A stretch of 64,000 bases of DNA, taken from contig JBBTCT010000022.1 of the NCBI GenBank assembly GCA_038060895.1, positions 229,301 to 293,300 on the forward strand, in the 5' to 3' direction. The notes under the pieces were generated by a model. That model was not told the DNA's origin, did no database searches, and worked only from the letters and a program-made list of their open reading frames with translations. Shown here one piece after another: positions 8,386 to 17,793 of the stretch (positions are counted from its first letter, which is position 1; the number at the start of each line of letters is the position of its first letter). This stretch comes from Planctomycetota bacterium (GTDB lineage Bacteria; Planctomycetota; MHYJ01; WSZJ01). The position numbers and the translations under genes are program-made.

Positions 8386-10608
8386 GTGGGCAGGGAGCTC
8401 GAGATTCTCGCTGGACTCATGGCAGTCCAGCTGCGCCTCGTGCCGGGCCCCCGATTCATCCACGCCGGCGCGCAGACCGAATCGGACCCGACGAAACTCC
8501 TCACCCGGCGACTGGTCGAGGAACGGGACATCGGCGAAGCCGAAATGGCGTCGATTCTCATGCTGGCGTCGGGGCAGGTCCGGCAGCACGGCGGGGACGA
8601 GACCGCCGCCCTGGCCTCGGCGCCGATCGACCCGAAGCTCCTCGACGCGCTTCTGGAGTGCGGGCCGTCTCCGAAAATGAAAGGGTTGCTGCGGCTGCTG
8701 CGTCCCGCGGAAAAAGTCGGCACTTCGGTGCTGCCGGGGCACGCACCGAAGCTGTCGCTCATCGACACTTCGGAGCTGGACGACGTTCTCGGCGGCGGCG
8801 AAGTCGACCTGGAACAGGAGCTCCGCGGCGCGCGGCCGATGGGCGGCGGCCTGGCCATCCCCGCTTCCATTCCGGCGCCGACCGCGGAATCGGCCGAGGC
8901 GGACGACGTCCGCAGGGTTGAGCGCGCGCTGAAAACGTACGCGGATTCGCTGGCGGCGGCGCAGGGGCAGAAAGGGTTCCATGCCAGGGGGATGACGCGC
9001 GGCGTCTCGGAGTCGAACGTGACGGCGCTCGGGTCCGACCAGTCCGCGACCCGGGAAGCCAGGCAGAAAGCGGCGACCTTGTTCGAGGGATTGCGCAAGA
9101 CGATCGAGGAAGCGGTCGCGCGCCGGCCCGCGAACCGCGCCATCCGGCACGCCGCGGCGGAGTTCTACACGCGCGCGGCGAGCCAGCGCGAAATCGAGGG
9201 AGAGGCGGCGGCTTCTTCCGAACTCAAGGCCCGCGCCCGGCTGCTCGACACCTCCGTTCACTCCGCGGTCCGGCGCTCCGGGACGCTGGGCGTGCGGACC
9301 CGGGCGTTTTCCTGCGCGTGCGTGCGCGAGGGACGCGAGTTCGCGCCCGGCGCGCTGGCACTTCGCGGCCTGAGCCTGTTCACCGGCCTCCCCGCAGTCA
9401 AATCGCCCTCGAAAGTTCCGGGAGATTCCGGCGAATCGGATCGCCCCGTCCGGCTGAAGGCCCACGGGCCCGAGTGCGTTCCGGCGCCCCTTCCCGGAGC
9501 CGACGTCTGGCTCTTCCGGTACGACCTCGGCACGGATCACTCCACGCTCACGACGCCGAAGGACGTGGCCGGGCGCGGGACCGATCCGCTGCCGGTTCAT
9601 CTGCGCGAAGCGCTTTTTGCGAAGAACTCCCCGCACGCGCCGGAAGGGCCCGGCGTCCACCTCGGGAAGACGCCGGTGGAGGGCCTCGTCCTCCCCTCCG
9701 GTTCGTGGATGCTGCTGGTCTGGCAAGCCGGCCGCAATCCGGCGCGGGTGCCCGTGCGCACGGGCGTCAGCGGCGACACTTCCATCGACGTGACGCTGTC
9801 GCTCCCCACGGAAGTTCCGCCGAAGTTCGCTTCGATCGCCGAAGGAACGTTCCTGTACCAGGGGGACGTGAAGAACCCGCACTCGGAGCCCGGCCAGTCC
9901 GGATCGACGCACGAGTTCCTGCTGGCGAAGTACCCGGTCACCGCGAGGGAGTACGCCGAATTTCTGAACGCCCGCTGCCAGGCGGAACTCGACCTCGTCG
10001 TGCGCCGGAGCGCGCCGCGGGACGTGGAAAAGGCGACCACTCTCTGGCCCGGGCCTCCGTTTGCCGTGCCGACGGCGCAGGCCCTCGAGGCCGCGCCCGC
10101 GGAGTTCCGCGCCGCCGCGAAGAAACTCCCCGGCTGCACCGCCGACTGGAATGAACGGTGGCCGATCGTCTCGATTTCGTGGCGCGACGCGATGATGTTC
10201 TGCGAATGGAAGCGCGCCACCACGGGATGGCTCATGACGCTTCCCCACGAAATCGACTGGGAGAAAGCCGCCAGGGGAGTGGACGGGCGGACGTTTCCGT
10301 GGGGGCACGGCCTGAAGCAGGGCAACTGCAATACCGTCAGCGCGCGTCCCGACTCGGCCAGCCCCTCGGCCGTGGAGGAGTTCCCGGCCGACGAGTCGCC
10401 CTACGGCGTCTTCGGGCTCGGCGGGAACGCGCGCGACATGTGCCTCAACCAGCCCGGGCCGGAATTCGCCGGGCAGCGCGTCATGCGCGGCGGCTACTGG
10501 GCGAGCGACGGCCTCCGCTGCCACTCCAGCTACCGCACCTGCGCCAGGCAGGACCACGTTTCCGCGAACGGAGGCTTCCGGCTGATGTGCATCACACGGC
10601 TCTCCTGA
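8386..10608 (+). CDS. FGE-sulfatase (SUMF1) domain protein with long N-terminal region
   Basis: The C-terminal domain contains 'LLAKYPVTAREYAEFLN', 'ISWRDAMMFCEWK', 'LPHEIDWEKAARG', 'ESPYGVFGLGGNARDMC', 'MRGGYW' and 'GFRLM'. Confidence 0.8.
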   Translation: MGRELEILAGLMAVQLRLVPGPRFIHAGAQTESDPTKLLTRRLVEERDIGEAEMASILMLASGQVRQHGGDETAALASAPIDPKLLDALLECGPSPKMKGLLRLLRPAEKVGTSVLPGHAPKLSLIDTSELDDVLGGGEVDLEQELRGARPMGGGLAIPASIPAPTAESAEADDVRRVERALKTYADSLAAAQGQKGFHARGMTRGVSESNVTALGSDQSATREARQKAATLFEGLRKTIEEAVARRPANRAIRHAAAEFYTRAASQREIEGEAAASSELKARARLLDTSVHSAVRRSGTLGVRTRAFSCACVREGREFAPGALALRGLSLFTGLPAVKSPSKVPGDSGESDRPVRLKAHGPECVPAPLPGADVWLFRYDLGTDHSTLTTPKDVAGRGTDPLPVHLREALFAKNSPHAPEGPGVHLGKTPVEGLVLPSGSWMLLVWQAGRNPARVPVRTGVSGDTSIDVTLSLPTEVPPKFASIAEGTFLYQGDVKNPHSEPGQSGSTHEFLLAKYPVTAREYAEFLNARCQAELDLVVRRSAPRDVEKATTLWPGPPFAVPTAQALEAAPAEFRAAAKKLPGCTADWNERWPIVSISWRDAMMFCEWKRATTGWLMTLPHEIDWEKAARGVDGRTFPWGHGLKQGNCNTVSARPDSASPSAVEEFPADESPYGVFGLGGNARDMCLNQPGPEFAGQRVMRGGYWASDGLRCHSSYRTCARQDHVSANGGFRLMCITRLS

Positions 10609-10660
10609 TGGCCCGTCCGGCGGCGCCTCCCTTGTCCGGCGCCTGGAGCAGGAGGTACGC

Positions 10661-12556
10661 TTGCAGACATCCATCAGCGGGGAAGCCGGCGATCCGCGCC
10701 GGGCGCTGGATTCAGGGGAAGCGGCGGTGACAGAGCAAGAGAATCCGGGCCGGTGCCGGAACTTCGTGAACGCCTGCCGTGAACGGCGGTCGGTGAAGGT
10801 CCTCGCCGCGGGGGTGTTCCTCCTCGCGGCCGCGTGGGTCGTGCAGATCGCCTCACAGCCCGAGGGCCCGCGCTTCCGCGAAGGCCTCGCTCTCTACGCG
10901 ACTCGCTTCTGGCCGCTTCTGGGAAGCGCCGCCGTGCTCTTCGCCGTGTGGGTCGCGCTGTGGGCCGCGACGCACCGCGCGAAGCTCTCGGCGGTCCTGC
11001 TCCTCGTGCTGTGGCTGCCGCCTGCGATCGCCAACGCGGCGAAGCTGGCGAGCCTCGACCTCCCGCTGATGCCGCTGGACGCGTACCGCACGGGGGACAT
11101 GCTGTCGATTTTTCACGCGGACCTCGTGCGGCCGGGGGGGTGGCTGAAGCTGTCGCTCCTGGTCGCGCTCACGGCGCCGCTCGTCATGGCATTCGCGGTG
11201 ATGCCGTCGCCGAAGACGCGGCCGCGCGTCCGCATCGCCGCCGGCGTGGCGGCCCTCGCGTTCCTGGGCTCGCTCTTTCTCCCGGCGACGAACGTCTTCG
11301 CGCAGCTCTCGGGACCGTTCACGCGCTACAGCTGGGACAGCCGCGGCACCCACGACCAGAACGGATTCGTCGTGTTTTTCGCCATGAACTGCCGGTACGT
11401 GAGGGTCGAAGAGCCGCGCGGCTACTCGGAGGAAGCGGTCGCGCGCATCATCCGCGAGCTGCCGCCGTCCACTGCGAAGACGAGCGGCCTCCGCCCGAAC
11501 GTCATCGTCGTCCTGAGCGAGTCGTTCAGCGACGTGACGCGCATCCCGGGCGTCGAATTCGAAACCGACCCGCTCCCGACCCTCCACGAACTCCAGCGCG
11601 ACTTCGGCCGCCTCGACCTCGTCAGCCCCGTCTACGCCGGCATCACGTGCAACGCCGAGCTCGAGATCCTCACCGGATTCAACATGCGCTTCTTCCCCGA
11701 ACCCTCCGCCGCCTGGGTCGATTCGATCCGCCGCCCGGTGCCGTCTCTCGCTTCCATCCTCCGCGGCCACGGATATCGCGCGATCTCGCTTCACGCCGCC
11801 GGCGGGTTCCACAACGACGCGCAGGTGCAGCCGCTTCTCGGTTTCGAAAAGTGCATTCCCGGAAGCGACTGGGTCAACCGCGACGCGATCGGCTGGCTCG
11901 TGACGGACGAAGCGGTGACGAAGGAGGTCATCCGCGTTTCGCGCGAGCTGCCGCGGCCGTGGTTCGTGTGCGTGAACACCATCGAGGGGCACGCGCCCTA
12001 CGACGGCAAGTACCCGGACCCGAAGTGCGGGATTCGCTTTACGAGGCCGCTCTCGGAGAAGTCGCGTGAGATTCTCGAAGGGTACGCGTACGGACTGAAC
12101 CGAGCCGACCGCGCGCTGCGCGCGCTCATCGACGGGTACCGCGACTCGCCCGAGCCCACGCTCATCCTGTTCTACGGCGACCACCTTCCCGACCTCGGCG
12201 AGAACTTCCTCGCCTGGAGCGAAACCGGTTTCCTCCCGCCCGGACAGGGAAGCTCCTCCCTCGCCATGCGCACCGTCCCCGCCGCGATCTGGAACAACTA
12301 CGGGAAGCGGCTTCCCGTGCTCAACGGTCCCGTCGGCATGTCGCGAGTCCTGCCGCTTCTCCTCGACGCGCTCGAGTTGCCGAAGCCGGCGCACGTGCGC
12401 GTCGTCGAGCAGGTGGGCGCCCGCTGGCCGGTCGTGAGCACCGCGGGATGCTTTGACGCCAGCGGGACCGGCGCGGACGCGGATCTCGCCGATTACTCCC
12501 TCATGCAGTACGACCTGCTGTTCGGCAAGCAGCACTTCCTGCAGGGCGGGCGCTGA
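10661..12556 (+). CDS. LTA-synthase-family sulfatase-like membrane transferase
   Basis: Several N-terminal TM helices are followed by an alkaline-phosphatase-superfamily domain ('NVIVVLSESFSD', 'NTIEGHAPY', 'FYGDHLP'). The true start may lie further downstream. Confidence 0.8.
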   Translation: MQTSISGEAGDPRRALDSGEAAVTEQENPGRCRNFVNACRERRSVKVLAAGVFLLAAAWVVQIASQPEGPRFREGLALYATRFWPLLGSAAVLFAVWVALWAATHRAKLSAVLLLVLWLPPAIANAAKLASLDLPLMPLDAYRTGDMLSIFHADLVRPGGWLKLSLLVALTAPLVMAFAVMPSPKTRPRVRIAAGVAALAFLGSLFLPATNVFAQLSGPFTRYSWDSRGTHDQNGFVVFFAMNCRYVRVEEPRGYSEEAVARIIRELPPSTAKTSGLRPNVIVVLSESFSDVTRIPGVEFETDPLPTLHELQRDFGRLDLVSPVYAGITCNAELEILTGFNMRFFPEPSAAWVDSIRRPVPSLASILRGHGYRAISLHAAGGFHNDAQVQPLLGFEKCIPGSDWVNRDAIGWLVTDEAVTKEVIRVSRELPRPWFVCVNTIEGHAPYDGKYPDPKCGIRFTRPLSEKSREILEGYAYGLNRADRALRALIDGYRDSPEPTLILFYGDHLPDLGENFLAWSETGFLPPGQGSSSLAMRTVPAAIWNNYGKRLPVLNGPVGMSRVLPLLLDALELPKPAHVRVVEQVGARWPVVSTAGCFDASGTGADADLADYSLMQYDLLFGKQHFLQGGR

Positions 12557-12559
12557 TGC

Positions 12560-12961
12560 CTAGGGCGGGCAAAGCAGCGGGATCGCTTCGCGTTTGTTCC
12601 TGCGATAGACATGAAAGTCGGTTCGGTCAGTCGTGATCACGATGTGGCGCGGGTACATCTCGCTCATGCGGATGAGGCAGAGATCGGCAAAATCGGGTTT
12701 CAAGTCGGCGTAACGCTTCGCCAGGGCTGCCAGCTGCGGAATATGCGCGCGGGATTCGAATGACGGAAGCACCAGGCCTTCCTCGATCATCGCCAGGACG
12801 ATGGCAGAGTCCTGTACGTGGAAGGCCGCTTCCGCAAGGACCGCATCGCAGGTGAGCAGCGGTTCCGTCATGCCTTCCGCCACGCTGACGGCCCAGTCGT
12901 GGTGCATGTCGTTCCGGCGGATGAAGGCGACGATGAAGCCGGTGTCGGCGATCCCCTTCAA
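12560..12961 (-). CDS. vapC: PIN-domain toxin (VapC-like)
   Basis: 133 aa beginning 'MKGIADTGFIVAFIRRNDMHHDWA' (N-terminal acidic D). It overlaps the upstream antitoxin gene by 4 nt. Confidence 0.8.
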   Translation of the reverse strand: MKGIADTGFIVAFIRRNDMHHDWAVSVAEGMTEPLLTCDAVLAEAAFHVQDSAIVLAMIEEGLVLPSFESRAHIPQLAALAKRYADLKPDFADLCLIRMSEMYPRHIVITTDRTDFHVYRRNKREAIPLLCPP

Positions 12962-13173
12962 TGCTTGCTGAAGCCCTTGCGCATCGAAAGGTCGCGAGGC
13001 CCTCCGCGGATGATGCCTGCGAGCCTCATGAATTTGCGTTGCTCGCCGGCCGCGCGAGCCTTCTCCAGCTGCTCGCGGACGAGACGGCCCTGTGAAATCC
13101 CGCTCCGGGCGGCGGCTTTTTCAAGCCAGTCGGCGAGGTCGGGGGTGAGGCGGATGGAGAGTGTACGACTCAT
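12958..13173 (-). CDS. ribbon-helix-helix (CopG/VapB-like) antitoxin
   Basis: 71 aa. 'RTLSIRLTPDLADWLEKAAARSGISQGRLVREQLEKA' fits the RHH pattern. Confidence 0.8.
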   Translation of the reverse strand: MSRTLSIRLTPDLADWLEKAAARSGISQGRLVREQLEKARAAGEQRKFMRLAGIIRGGPRDLSMRKGFSKH

Positions 13174-13342
13174 ATGGCAGAAGTGTACTCAGAGCGCGCG
13201 AAGAAGTCGAGTGCCGTCGGCGGTCGGACCTCGCTGCGCGACGCCGCCGAACGGCCGGCGTCGTCGCTTCGCTCGCCCCGACCGCTCGCCGTCACTCGAT
13301 TTCTTCGCGCGCTCTCACCTGGCCCGCACCGGTCAATGCGCC

Positions 13343-14929
13343 CTACTTTTCCGCCTCCAGCCGGACGGTCACGTTTTGCACCGATCGATCGCGGACTCTC
13401 AATTCCGCGCTCAACTTCTCTCCGTCCACTTCCCCCCACGCCACCAGGTCCAGCCGGTCCACGTCCTCGGAATCGAAGAGCAGGCTGAACCGCCCGTCCG
13501 CCCCGACGACGACGATGCCGGAGTCGGGGCGCTTGATGAGGGTGCAGACGCTCGCTCCCGCGCAGGGTTCGCCGTCGGGCTTGAGGACGACCCCGGCGAT
13601 GCGGAAGCCGGCGCGGAGGCGGACGACGAGTTCTTGCCCCTGGGGCTCGACGTTGCGGACGAGTCCCTTGACCCAGTCGATCGCGGCGGGGTCGTCGTCG
13701 GGAGGAGAGACCTCGACGAGCAGTTTCACGGGAGGGAGGCCGGTGAACGCGGCGACGCCGAGCTGATCCGTGACGCGGGCGCTGGCCGGGCTCTCGTAGA
13801 CTTCATAGAGCCGCACGGCCGCCGCGGCGACAGGCCCGCCCGTCGGCGATTCGACCTTGACCCGCAGCGTCCGGTCGAGCGGCTGCACCTGGAGCTGCAG
13901 GACGAGGTCGCGCGCGCCGGCGCTCACGCCGGGCAGCGAGCCGGTGACGCGGACCGGCCACGTGTCTTCCGCTTCCTGAAGCGCCGGCGCCTTCTCGCCG
14001 AAGTCGATCGCGAGCGTGACGGTTTCGCCTTCGGGGACGGTGGCTTCGAAGCGGCCCTCGGCGTCGGTTTTGGCCGTCGAGACCGTGTCCTTCCCCCGGA
14101 GAGTGGCGACGACGCCGCCCTTGAAGGGTCGCCCGCGAGGAGTCAGGACGACGCCTGAGGCGATGCCCGCATCCTCGAGCACGAAGCGCACGTCGTTGCC
14201 GTCGTCCGGGTACAGCTGCGTCTGCATCGGCAGCACGTAGCGGCGTCCGAAGGCGGGGGTTTCGACGACCTCGACCACGGGAAAGTCCCCGTACGACGTC
14301 AGCCGGGCGACGCCGAGCTCGTTGGTGGGGACGCACCCCTGCTTCGGGTCGTCGTTCGCGCGCTCCGACGAAACCACGACCTGCGCGCCGGCGACCGCGG
14401 CGCCGCGGGCGTCGACGACGGTCACGGTGATGATCCGCGCCTGCGGAAGGCGCAGTTCGAGGCCGTCGCGACTTCTTCCATCGGACAGGTCGAAGGGAAG
14501 CGTCACCACGCTTGCGGGGAAACGCAACGCGTCACCCGCCGAGAGGATTCCTGTGCTGGCGGGCAGGCCGTCAAACCGGAAAGCCCCGTCGGACCCTGTC
14601 TCCACGCCATTCATGAAGATGTCCGCAACCGATCTCGTCGAGCGAACCTGCACCAGGCAGCCGGCCGCGGCCGTCCCGTCGTGATTCAGCACCCGACCCG
14701 CGATGAAGAGTTTCCCGGCGGGCGCCGGAGCCCGCAGGCCCGTCGAACTTTCCTTCGGCGGGCTGCCTTCGCCGCCCTCGCCTGCCGCCGGCCTCTCGGG
14801 GCCCCGCGCCAGGTCCGCGGACGAGTCTTCGACAACGGGGCGCTCCGCCCCACGGAACCGGAGCCAGAGCCCGGCCGCCCCTGCCATCAGCAGGCAAAAG
14901 ACGACGCCGATGACAACGCGGTTCCGCAC
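13343..14929 (-). CDS. N-terminally anchored protein with repeated carboxypeptidase-regulatory-like beta-sandwich domains
   Basis: TM segment 'VVIGVVFCLLMAGAAGLWL'. Repeated 'G.V.d..G.P..GA.V' type units run through the 528 aa. Confidence 0.75.
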   Translation of the reverse strand: MRNRVVIGVVFCLLMAGAAGLWLRFRGAERPVVEDSSADLARGPERPAAGEGGEGSPPKESSTGLRAPAPAGKLFIAGRVLNHDGTAAAGCLVQVRSTRSVADIFMNGVETGSDGAFRFDGLPASTGILSAGDALRFPASVVTLPFDLSDGRSRDGLELRLPQARIITVTVVDARGAAVAGAQVVVSSERANDDPKQGCVPTNELGVARLTSYGDFPVVEVVETPAFGRRYVLPMQTQLYPDDGNDVRFVLEDAGIASGVVLTPRGRPFKGGVVATLRGKDTVSTAKTDAEGRFEATVPEGETVTLAIDFGEKAPALQEAEDTWPVRVTGSLPGVSAGARDLVLQLQVQPLDRTLRVKVESPTGGPVAAAAVRLYEVYESPASARVTDQLGVAAFTGLPPVKLLVEVSPPDDDPAAIDWVKGLVRNVEPQGQELVVRLRAGFRIAGVVLKPDGEPCAGASVCTLIKRPDSGIVVVGADGRFSLLFDSEDVDRLDLVAWGEVDGEKLSAELRVRDRSVQNVTVRLEAEK

Positions 14930-14935
14930 GAAGGT

Positions 14936-15664
14936 CTATTTGTCCTCCGTTTCGTCCGGCTTCCCGTGTTTCACCAGCTTCGCCGGCCCGTCCTTGATCA
15001 GCCCGATCCCCTTCACGTAGTACTTGTACTCAATGTGCCCGGGCTCGAGCGGCGTCGATTCCTGGATCTTGAGCACGTCCTTGAACTTCCCGGCCGGCGT
15101 CGTGACCTTGCGGTCGAGGCCGACGATCTCCGCCCGGTCCATCGCGACCCCGGGGGCGACTTCCTGCATGTAGCGGGCGCCCAGAAGCGCCGTCCCCGGC
15201 ATGATCATTCCGAACTTCGCGCCGTCCTTGCCGGCGAGCCAGGAGCCGTCGTGCGAGACGACCTTCCCGCCCTTGTACATGTCCACGTCCTCGCCGAAGT
15301 AGTACACGGCGTTGGTGCGCTTCGAGATCACGAAGTAGTTGCGCGAGACCTCGATCAGTTCGTCTCCTTCCCACTCTTTCTCCTCGACGATGCGCGTGTT
15401 GATGTCGCCGACCTTCTTCGTCTCTTTGAGGACGGTGATCAGGAGCTTGAGCTTCTTTTTCCCCTCCATCCCTTCGTACTCGAGCACGTAACCGGGATCG
15501 AGAATGAAGTAAGGGTTCTTGCCGGATGTCTCGAAGTCCGCGGGGTCCTCGCCGAAATCCTGTGTGAACACGGGCTCGTCCGGCGGCGGCGCTTTCGGGT
15601 CTTCTGCGCAGACGGTCAGGACGAGAAAAAGGGCGGAGGCGGTGAAAAGGGAAGCGCGGATCAT
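14936..15664 (-). CDS. secreted hypothetical protein
   Basis: The real start is 'MIRASLFTASALFLVLTVCAED' (ATG at 15664). Lys/Glu/Tyr-rich, normal composition. The longer 688-aa track ORF is an artefactual 5' extension. Confidence 0.75.
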   Translation of the reverse strand: MIRASLFTASALFLVLTVCAEDPKAPPPDEPVFTQDFGEDPADFETSGKNPYFILDPGYVLEYEGMEGKKKLKLLITVLKETKKVGDINTRIVEEKEWEGDELIEVSRNYFVISKRTNAVYYFGEDVDMYKGGKVVSHDGSWLAGKDGAKFGMIMPGTALLGARYMQEVAPGVAMDRAEIVGLDRKVTTPAGKFKDVLKIQESTPLEPGHIEYKYYVKGIGLIKDGPAKLVKHGKPDETEDK

Positions 15665-15798
15665 GGGGGCTCCTGCGGGCAGGTAGAAGTGCCTTCGACC
15701 ATACGCCCCGGAGCGTGGGCGGTTCAAGGACCATATGCGGGCTCCGCGGGCCGAAGTCTCGAGCAGACGATTGCCTGCTCCATGATTTTCAGTCCAAG

Positions 15799-16809
15799 TC
15801 AGCCACCGAGGATCACGCACGAGTCCCCGAACTCGTGGCAGAGGTAACCTTCGGATTCGGCGTGCCGGTAAGACTCGCGCAGCAGTTCCTCCGCCGCGAA
15901 TGCGCACAGCAGCCGGTAGTGGCTGGTGCCGGGTTCGTGGATGCCGGTGAAGATCCCGTGGACGACGCGGGGCCGGGTGTCCGGGGTCACGAGGTGCGTC
16001 GTGCGGCCGGCGCCGGCGCGGATTTCGCCATCGTGCGAACAGGCGCTTCCTTCGAGCGCGCGCACAACGCTGGTGCCGACGGCGATCACGCGGCGCGCGA
16101 CGGCGATCGCATCCACCGTGGCCTGCGGAATCTCGAAGCTTTCCCCGAACGGCAGGCGCGCGTCGAGCGCGGCGTCGCCGGAAGAAGAGAGCCCCGCCGA
16201 GTGCGTGATCGACGCGACGCGCACGCCGGCGCGCGCGAGCCCGAGCAGCGTCGCCCACGACAGCGGGCGCCCCGCCGACGGCGCTTCCGCCGCCCACGGC
16301 CGTGCGGCCCAGCCGGTCTGGACGTCCCAGAGCGCGAGGGGGCGGTCGAGGTACGAGTACTGCACGGGACGGCCGGCGCGATAGAGCGCGGGCCAAAAGG
16401 CGTCGGGGGGTTCGTCGAAACGGAGGTGCACGAGGCGGGGCGAAACGGCGTCCACGGCGGTGACGATGGCGTGCAACTCCGCGCCGAAATCGAGGTGCGT
16501 GCCGGCCGGAAGAAGCGGCGGCGCCGGTCGGTCCTCGGTGCGCGCACGCCAGTCGCCGGCGCCGAAGGCGATCGCTTCCCAGGAATCTGCTGACGGTGCG
16601 CCGCACAGGCGAAGCTCGACGGGATGCGAGGTGGAATTGAGGGAAGCGGGGAGAGTCGCGGCGTCGTTGACGACGACGAGGTCGCGGGGACGAAGGAAGG
16701 AGGGGAGGTCGCGGACGCGTGAGTCGTGGAAAGCGCCGGTGGATGGGTCGATTCGGAGAAGGCGCTCGGCGTCGCGGTCCGTGCGGGGGTGGCGGGCGGG
16801 GCTGAGCAT
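15799..16809 (-). CDS. queA: S-adenosylmethionine:tRNA ribosyltransferase-isomerase-like (QueA family)
   Basis: 'LRPRDLVVVNDAATLPA', 'RVIAVGTSVVRALE', 'FTGIHEPGTSHYRLLCAFA' and 'HEFGDSCVI' are colinear with QueA motifs. Confidence 0.7.
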   Translation of the reverse strand: MLSPARHPRTDRDAERLLRIDPSTGAFHDSRVRDLPSFLRPRDLVVVNDAATLPASLNSTSHPVELRLCGAPSADSWEAIAFGAGDWRARTEDRPAPPLLPAGTHLDFGAELHAIVTAVDAVSPRLVHLRFDEPPDAFWPALYRAGRPVQYSYLDRPLALWDVQTGWAARPWAAEAPSAGRPLSWATLLGLARAGVRVASITHSAGLSSSGDAALDARLPFGESFEIPQATVDAIAVARRVIAVGTSVVRALEGSACSHDGEIRAGAGRTTHLVTPDTRPRVVHGIFTGIHEPGTSHYRLLCAFAAEELLRESYRHAESEGYLCHEFGDSCVILGG

Positions 16810-16813
16810 GGTC

Positions 16814-16865
16814 TTTAGCCTCCGCCAGCTTTCGCCAGCCTCGGCCAGCCTTCGCCAGCCTCACC
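16814..16865. repeat. tandem 10-mer repeat, about 4.5 copies (TCCGCCAGCT TTCGCCAGCC TCGGCCAGCC TTCGCCAGCC), single arm
   Basis: Read directly. It belongs to the same family as the right arm at 32497-32550, including the leading 'CTTTAGCC'. Confidence 0.85.
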
Positions 16866-17585
16866 TTCCATTCCCGGCAAACCGCTGAGCCGCGTTCCGC
16901 TGGGGATTTCCTCAACCCCCTCGATGCACCGCACGATCCGCTTCGCCACTTCCGCCGGATCCGCCAGCGTCGCGGGGTCGGCCTCGGGCATTGCTTCGGC
17001 ATGCATGCGCGTGTTCATCTCGCCGGGGTCGATGCCGAGGAAGCGCACGCCGGTGCCTTCGAGTTCCGCGGCCCAGATGCGGGCGAGGTGATCGAGGGCT
17101 GCCTTGGAAGAGGAGTAGGCGCCCCAGCCGGGGTAGGCGCTTGTGGCGGCGTCGCTGGAGATGTGGAGGACGAGGCCGCGGCGGCGGAGGACCATGGAGC
17201 CGGCGAGGGCTTTGGTCAGGCGGAAGGGACCGACGAGGTTGACCTCGAGGACGCGGGAGAGGTCTTCGCACTCGGTGTCGAGGAGGAGGGGAAGGGGCGT
17301 TTTGCCGAGGGTGCTGGCGTTGTGGACGAGGAGGTCGATCGGGCCGACGAGGGCGGCCGCGGCGCCGGCGAGAGGGTAGATCGCGGACTTGTCGCCGATG
17401 TCGGCGGGGAGGGGGTGGGCTTCACCGCCTTCGGCGCGGATTTCGGCCGCGACGCGATCGAGATCCGTTCTTGAGCGGGCGACGAGGACGACGCGGGCGC
17501 CGCGGCGGGCGAGTTCCTTCGCGAGCGAGGCGCCGAGGCCGCGGCCGGCGCCGGTGACGAGAGCGGAAAGACGGTTGAGATTCAT
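16815..17585 (-). CDS. short-chain dehydrogenase/reductase (SDR)
   Basis: 'ALVTGAGRGLGASLAKELARRGARVVLVARS' (TGxxxGxG), 'NASTLG' and 'YSSSKAAL' (YxxxK). The last ~17 codons are translated from the 10-mer repeat. Confidence 0.9.
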   Translation of the reverse strand: MNLNRLSALVTGAGRGLGASLAKELARRGARVVLVARSRTDLDRVAAEIRAEGGEAHPLPADIGDKSAIYPLAGAAAALVGPIDLLVHNASTLGKTPLPLLLDTECEDLSRVLEVNLVGPFRLTKALAGSMVLRRRGLVLHISSDAATSAYPGWGAYSSSKAALDHLARIWAAELEGTGVRFLGIDPGEMNTRMHAEAMPEADPATLADPAEVAKRIVRCIEGVEEIPSGTRLSGLPGMEGEAGEGWPRLAKAGGG

Positions 17586-17682
17586 TGAGAGCCCTCCGGA
17601 TTGTGTTCCCTACTTAATAAAGTAACTCCTTTACTAAGTTTGTCAAGCGGGTTGGGTAGAAAGGCGGGAGAGAACGGAACCT

Positions 17683-17756
17683 GGCCCTTGCCCAGGGGAC
17701 GGAATGGGAGCGCCTGGGATTGAAGTTTGGTGGGCAAGGGCAAGGGCGAGGGCAAC
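17683..17756. repeat. GGCCCTTGCCC facing four tandem hexamers GGGCAA GGGCAA GGGCGA GGGCAA (imperfect inverted arrangement)
   Basis: Read directly. GGCCCTTGCCC (17683-17693) is the reverse complement of GGGCAAGGGCC. The tandem hexamers lie at 17732-17756. Confidence 0.7.
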
Positions 17757-17793
17757 GACTGCGCTGTGACCGAATTCCGGTAACATTCCGGCG

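Noticed and set aside
8386-10608. Diversity-generating retroelement (DGR) targeting the FGE/C-type-lectin-fold domains.
   Set aside because: The fold is a frequent DGR target. However, the window contains no reverse transcriptase, no template repeat matching any C-terminal region and no Avd-like gene.
14936-17002. 688-aa minus-strand ORF spanning three annotated genes.
   Set aside because: Only the last 242 aa, from 'MIRASLF', have protein-like composition and a signal peptide. The upstream 446 aa are Arg/Pro-rich and overlap the queA-like and SDR genes out of frame.
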